This document shows positions 61,394 to 64,000 of a DNA stretch of 64,000 nt, in pieces. Origin of the DNA: Clostridia bacterium (lineage in GTDB: Bacteria; Bacillota; Peptococcia; Peptococcales; BICA1-8); contig JAAXZE010000030.1 in assembly GCA_012720075.1 (NCBI GenBank), forward strand, positions 24,734 to 88,733, given 5' to 3'. The position numbers and the translations under genes are program-made. The stretch's first letter is position 1; the number at the start of each line of letters is the position of its first letter. Below the pieces are notes generated by a model. The model was not told where the DNA came from, made no database searches, and was given only the letters and a program-made list of their open reading frames with translations.

Positions 61394-61443
61394 TAATCGC
61401 ATTTTTCAGGAAGGATTTGGATTGATTTTAACGAATATTATTC

Positions 61444-61472
61444 TTGACATAACCAAGCAAATATCACATACT
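61444..61472 (+). promoter_or_regulatory. candidate promoter upstream of the G-B modules and murA
   Basis: TTGACA, 17 nt, CATACT. Confidence 0.4.
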
Positions 61473-61494
61473 TATCACGAATGCCAATTCTTAA

Positions 61495-61573
61495 AATAAT
61501 TGAGAATTGGAGAGTTGAGAATGGAGAATTCCAATTTCTATACACTAACTCACTTAAACACTCACACACTAAT
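61495..61573 (+). repeat. Family G plus family B upstream of murA
   Basis: AATAATTGAGAATTGGAGAGTTGAGAATGGAGAATTCC, then TATACACTAACTCACTTAAACACTCACACACTAAT. Confidence 0.85.
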
Positions 61574-61643
61574 ATTAGGGAAGGAGGTGCAACCTGTAGC
61601 AAAACCATTCATTTTTTGCGGGTTTTGTAAGCAGGAATAATTA

Positions 61644-62894
61644 TTGGATAAAATCATCGTTACAGGCGGCGCCAGATTGGAAGGCAAAATTACTATCAGC
61701 GGTGCAAAAAATGCCGTATTACCTATTATTGTGGCCTCATTATTATCCTCCGGAAAATGCAAGATACAAGATGTTCCCCGGTTGGCTGATGTCAGCACAA
61801 TAACAGAAGTTTTGGAGATCTTAGGGGCAAAGGTAATCAGTGAGGGGAACACTTTGGATATAGATAGTAGTAGTGTAAATAATTTTGAAGCCCCTTATGA
61901 GTATGTACGAAAAATGCGTGCCAGTGTTCTCGTAATGGGACCATTATTGGCCCGCATGGGCAAAGTGAAAATTTCCATGCCGGGTGGATGCGCTATAGGC
62001 ACAAGACCCATTGATTTGCATCTGAAAGGTCTGGAGGCATTGGGAGCGACTATTTCCCTGGATCACGGAACTATTGAAGCCCGGGCTGATAAACTGACCG
62101 GAACCAAAATCTACCTTGATTTTCCCAGTGTTGGCGCAACGGAAAACATTATGATGGCAGCTGTTTTAGCCGAAGGTACCACTATTATAGAAAATGCCGC
62201 TGAAGAACCGGAAATAGTTGATTTGGCTAATTTTTTAAACAGCATGGGCGGTAAAGTAAAAGGGGCAGGCACCAATGTCATCAGAATTGAAGGTGTAAAG
62301 GAGTTGGGTGAGACAACCCATACCGTCATTCCAGACAGAATTGAAGCCGGAAGCTATTTGGTTGCCGGGGCTATGACCGGAGGCAATCTGCTTCTCGATA
62401 ATGTTATTATTGATCACCTTAAACCCGTAATTGCCAAGCTCAAAGAGTGCGGTGCCCAAATTTATGAGGAAGGCAATTGTTTGAGGATAATCGGAAGTGA
62501 ACAAATTAAAGCAGTTGATATTAAAACTTTGCCTTATCCGGGCTTTCCTACCGACATGCAGGCTCAGTTTATGGCCCTAATGACTAAAGCCAATGGTACA
62601 AGCCTTATTACCGAAACGGTGTTTGAAAACCGTTTCATGCATGCCGATGAATTAAAAAGAATGGGTGCAGATATTAAAATTGAGGGCAGAAGCGCTGTAG
62701 TAGAAGGAACTAAAAAACTTTACGGTTGTCCGGTCAAAGCTACCGACCTGCGGGCCGGTGCAGCCCTTATTATCGCTGCTTTGGCTGCTGAAGGTGATAC
62801 TGAAATCAACGGTGTTCATCATATCGACCGGGGCTATGAAAATATTGTTGACAAACTGCGCTCGGTAGGAGCAAAAATTGAAAGGATTGACTAA
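61644..62894 (+). CDS. murA: UDP-N-acetylglucosamine 1-carboxyvinyltransferase
   Basis: [11 protein letters not shown], catalytic PGGCAIG and [11 protein letters not shown] motifs. TTG start. Confidence 0.95.
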   Translation: MDKIIVTGGARLEGKITISGAKNAVLPIIVASLLSSGKCKIQDVPRLADVSTITEVLEILGAKVISEGNTLDIDSSSVNNFEAPYEYVRKMRASVLVMGPLLARMGKVKISMPGGCAIGTRPIDLHLKGLEALGATISLDHGTIEARADKLTGTKIYLDFPSVGATENIMMAAVLAEGTTIIENAAEEPEIVDLANFLNSMGGKVKGAGTNVIRIEGVKELGETTHTVIPDRIEAGSYLVAGAMTGGNLLLDNVIIDHLKPVIAKLKECGAQIYEEGNCLRIIGSEQIKAVDIKTLPYPGFPTDMQAQFMALMTKANGTSLITETVFENRFMHADELKRMGADIKIEGRSAVVEGTKKLYGCPVKATDLRAGAALIIAALAAEGDTEINGVHHIDRGYENIVDKLRSVGAKIERID

Positions 62895-62910
62895 GTAATG
62901 CATGGCATTA

Positions 62911-62980
62911 TTTAGGTTAAGGTTTCGCTGCGCTAGGTTAAGGTTAATATTAACGTGATTTCGTGTTGCCTGTGACATCG
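62911..62980 (+). repeat. Family C block plus family E fragment downstream of murA
   Basis: TTTAGGTTAAGGTTTCGCTGCGCTAGGTTAAGGTTAA, then CGTGATTTCGTGTTGCCTGTGACATCG. Confidence 0.75.
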
Positions 62981-62990
62981 AAAGGAATTA

Positions 62991-63165
62991 TTAAATGATG
63001 CACCCGATGAAAGTTAATCTTTGGAGATGCATCTGCTCTTAAGTAAAATGCATGATGTATCCATTGCATGCCAATTTAAATTGATGCATCCCTTTAAGTA
63101 ATTCCAAGGAGCAGATGCGTCAGGAAATATTTAACATCCATGAGATACATCCCAATAAGTTTACT
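62991..63165 (+). repeat. Family A element, degenerate full copy between the murA stop and its terminator
   Basis: Same box order as the other copies, with point changes (GATGCACC, GATGTATCC). Followed by the intrinsic terminator at 63194-63219. Confidence 0.8.
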
Positions 63166-63193
63166 CAAACCCATTTACTAGTGACAAAAAAAT

Positions 63194-63219
63194 GGCCTAC
63201 TTATGTAGGCCGTTTTTTT
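63194..63219 (+). terminator. intrinsic terminator downstream of murA and the family A element
   Basis: Stem GGCCTAC/GTAGGCC, TTAT loop, then GTTTTTTT. Confidence 0.85.
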
Positions 63220-63325
63220 ATTCTATTTTACGGATTACATTCATAGAATTAATAGACAACCTTAACCAAACCTAGCGAGGTAGAAGGGCAGGTTTCTCTA
63301 CATGCCCTTCTGCCAAGGGAAACCT

Positions 63326-63350
63326 AACAAAATTGCATTACAATTTTGTT
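63326..63350 (+). promoter_or_regulatory. hairpin immediately upstream of the spoIID RBS
   Basis: Perfect 10-bp AT-rich stem AACAAAATTG/CAATTTTGTT with a 5-nt loop, ending 2 nt before the AACGAGGTGG RBS region. Confidence 0.4.
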
Positions 63351-63363
63351 AACGAGGTGGCTT

Positions 63364-64000
63364 ATGGGTAGATATATGGGTAAATATAGTAGATATATGT
63401 TATGGGGAATTATTTTTATGGTTTTTATAGTTATCATTATCCCGCTTCTAACCATATCTTTTCTGGAAAAGAATTATACCAAGGTGGAGATAGAAAAAAT
63501 GGGAAAAACAATAAATGTTTTTGATTACCAAACTAATAAGCTAATGACTTTGGATTTGGAAGAATATATTGTGGGGGTAGTAGCAGCCGAAATGCCCGCA
63601 GTTTTCGACATAGAAGCCTTAAAGGCCCAGGCGGTGGCAGCCCGGACATACGCTTATAAACGGCTTCTCGAGCCTGACCCAACAATCAGGCAATACCATC
63701 CCCTGGCCGATGTCATTACTAACCCAGCCATCTGTCAGGCTTGGGCCGGTGATGATGAACTAAAAGAAAAATGGGGCCGGCTCAATTATATTAAATACAA
63801 AAAGAAAATTGTTGAAGCCGTGGAAGCTACAAAGGGACAAATTCTCCTTTTTGAGGATAAACCCATTGACCCGGTCTATCATGCCAGTTGTGGCGGGTTA
63901 AGGACCGAAGATTCCGGAGATGTCTGGAAATATAGTTTTCCATATCTAAAGAGTGTTCCCTGTTCAGGTCATGAAGACAAACATATCCGTGATACCAAAA
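63364..64000 (+). CDS. spoIID: stage II sporulation protein D (3' end outside window)
   Basis: My own translation from ATG 63364 (not in the ORF track): MGRYMGKY...VGVVAAEMPAVFDIEALKAQAVAARTYA...YHASCGG. Open to the window end. GAGGTGG RBS. Confidence 0.85.
   Translation, partial: MGRYMGKYSRYMLWGIIFMVFIVIIIPLLTISFLEKNYTKVEIEKMGKTINVFDYQTNKLMTLDLEEYIVGVVAAEMPAVFDIEALKAQAVAARTYAYKRLLEPDPTIRQYHPLADVITNPAICQAWAGDDELKEKWGRLNYIKYKKKIVEAVEATKGQILLFEDKPIDPVYHASCGGLRTEDSGDVWKYSFPYLKSVPCSGHEDKHIRDTK

Noticed and set aside
61587-61640. A 17-codon mini-ORF (GTG 61587 to TAA 61640) in the murA leader.
   Set aside because: The only start codon is embedded in the SD itself, so normal initiation is unlikely. 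It is kept only as part of the leader observation.

Overview
Core chromosomal region of a low-GC (about 40% by eye) spore-forming Firmicute, Clostridia/Peptococcaceae-like, with Bacillus-like gene order. I call 69 protein-coding genes, 67 on the + strand: glpA(partial)BC; hisZ-G-H-A-F-IE, hisD and a divergent hisB; sleB-ypeB; a LysO-family pair; argS; pyrG; FemAB-like; alr; spo0F-like; a Zn-ribbon protein; fba; tal/fsa; glpX; rho; a LysM-M23 peptidase; an orphan radical-SAM protein; rpmE; an 11-gene Mrp/Mbh-order antiporter cluster; prfA-prmC; a GntR/TrkA-C regulator; tsaC/sua5; mntP; ywlE; rpiB; ywlG; glyA; upp; dCMP deaminase; MazG-like; wecB; atpZ-I-B-E-F-H-A-G-D-C; yueI-like; DUF4127 (-); ywmB-like; murA; spoIID (partial). 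I saw no tRNA/rRNA, CRISPR-cas, transposase, prophage or recognisable defence genes. The unusual content is non-coding. From 14 kb onward most long spacers (200-510 bp) are assembled from at least 12 degenerate short-word repeat families. These comprise 7-8 bp micro-period arrays, arrays of about 32-bp units arranged as inverted arms, and a roughly 190-bp GATGCATC-rich imperfect palindrome present 7 times. The families are combined in a loosely fixed order and orientation relative to the downstream start codon. Second oddity: the adjacent essential genes argS and pyrG each carry one in-frame TAA at a conserved residue while keeping expression signals that look intact. The pair is bracketed by the two most similar copies of the repeat composite, in inverted orientation.
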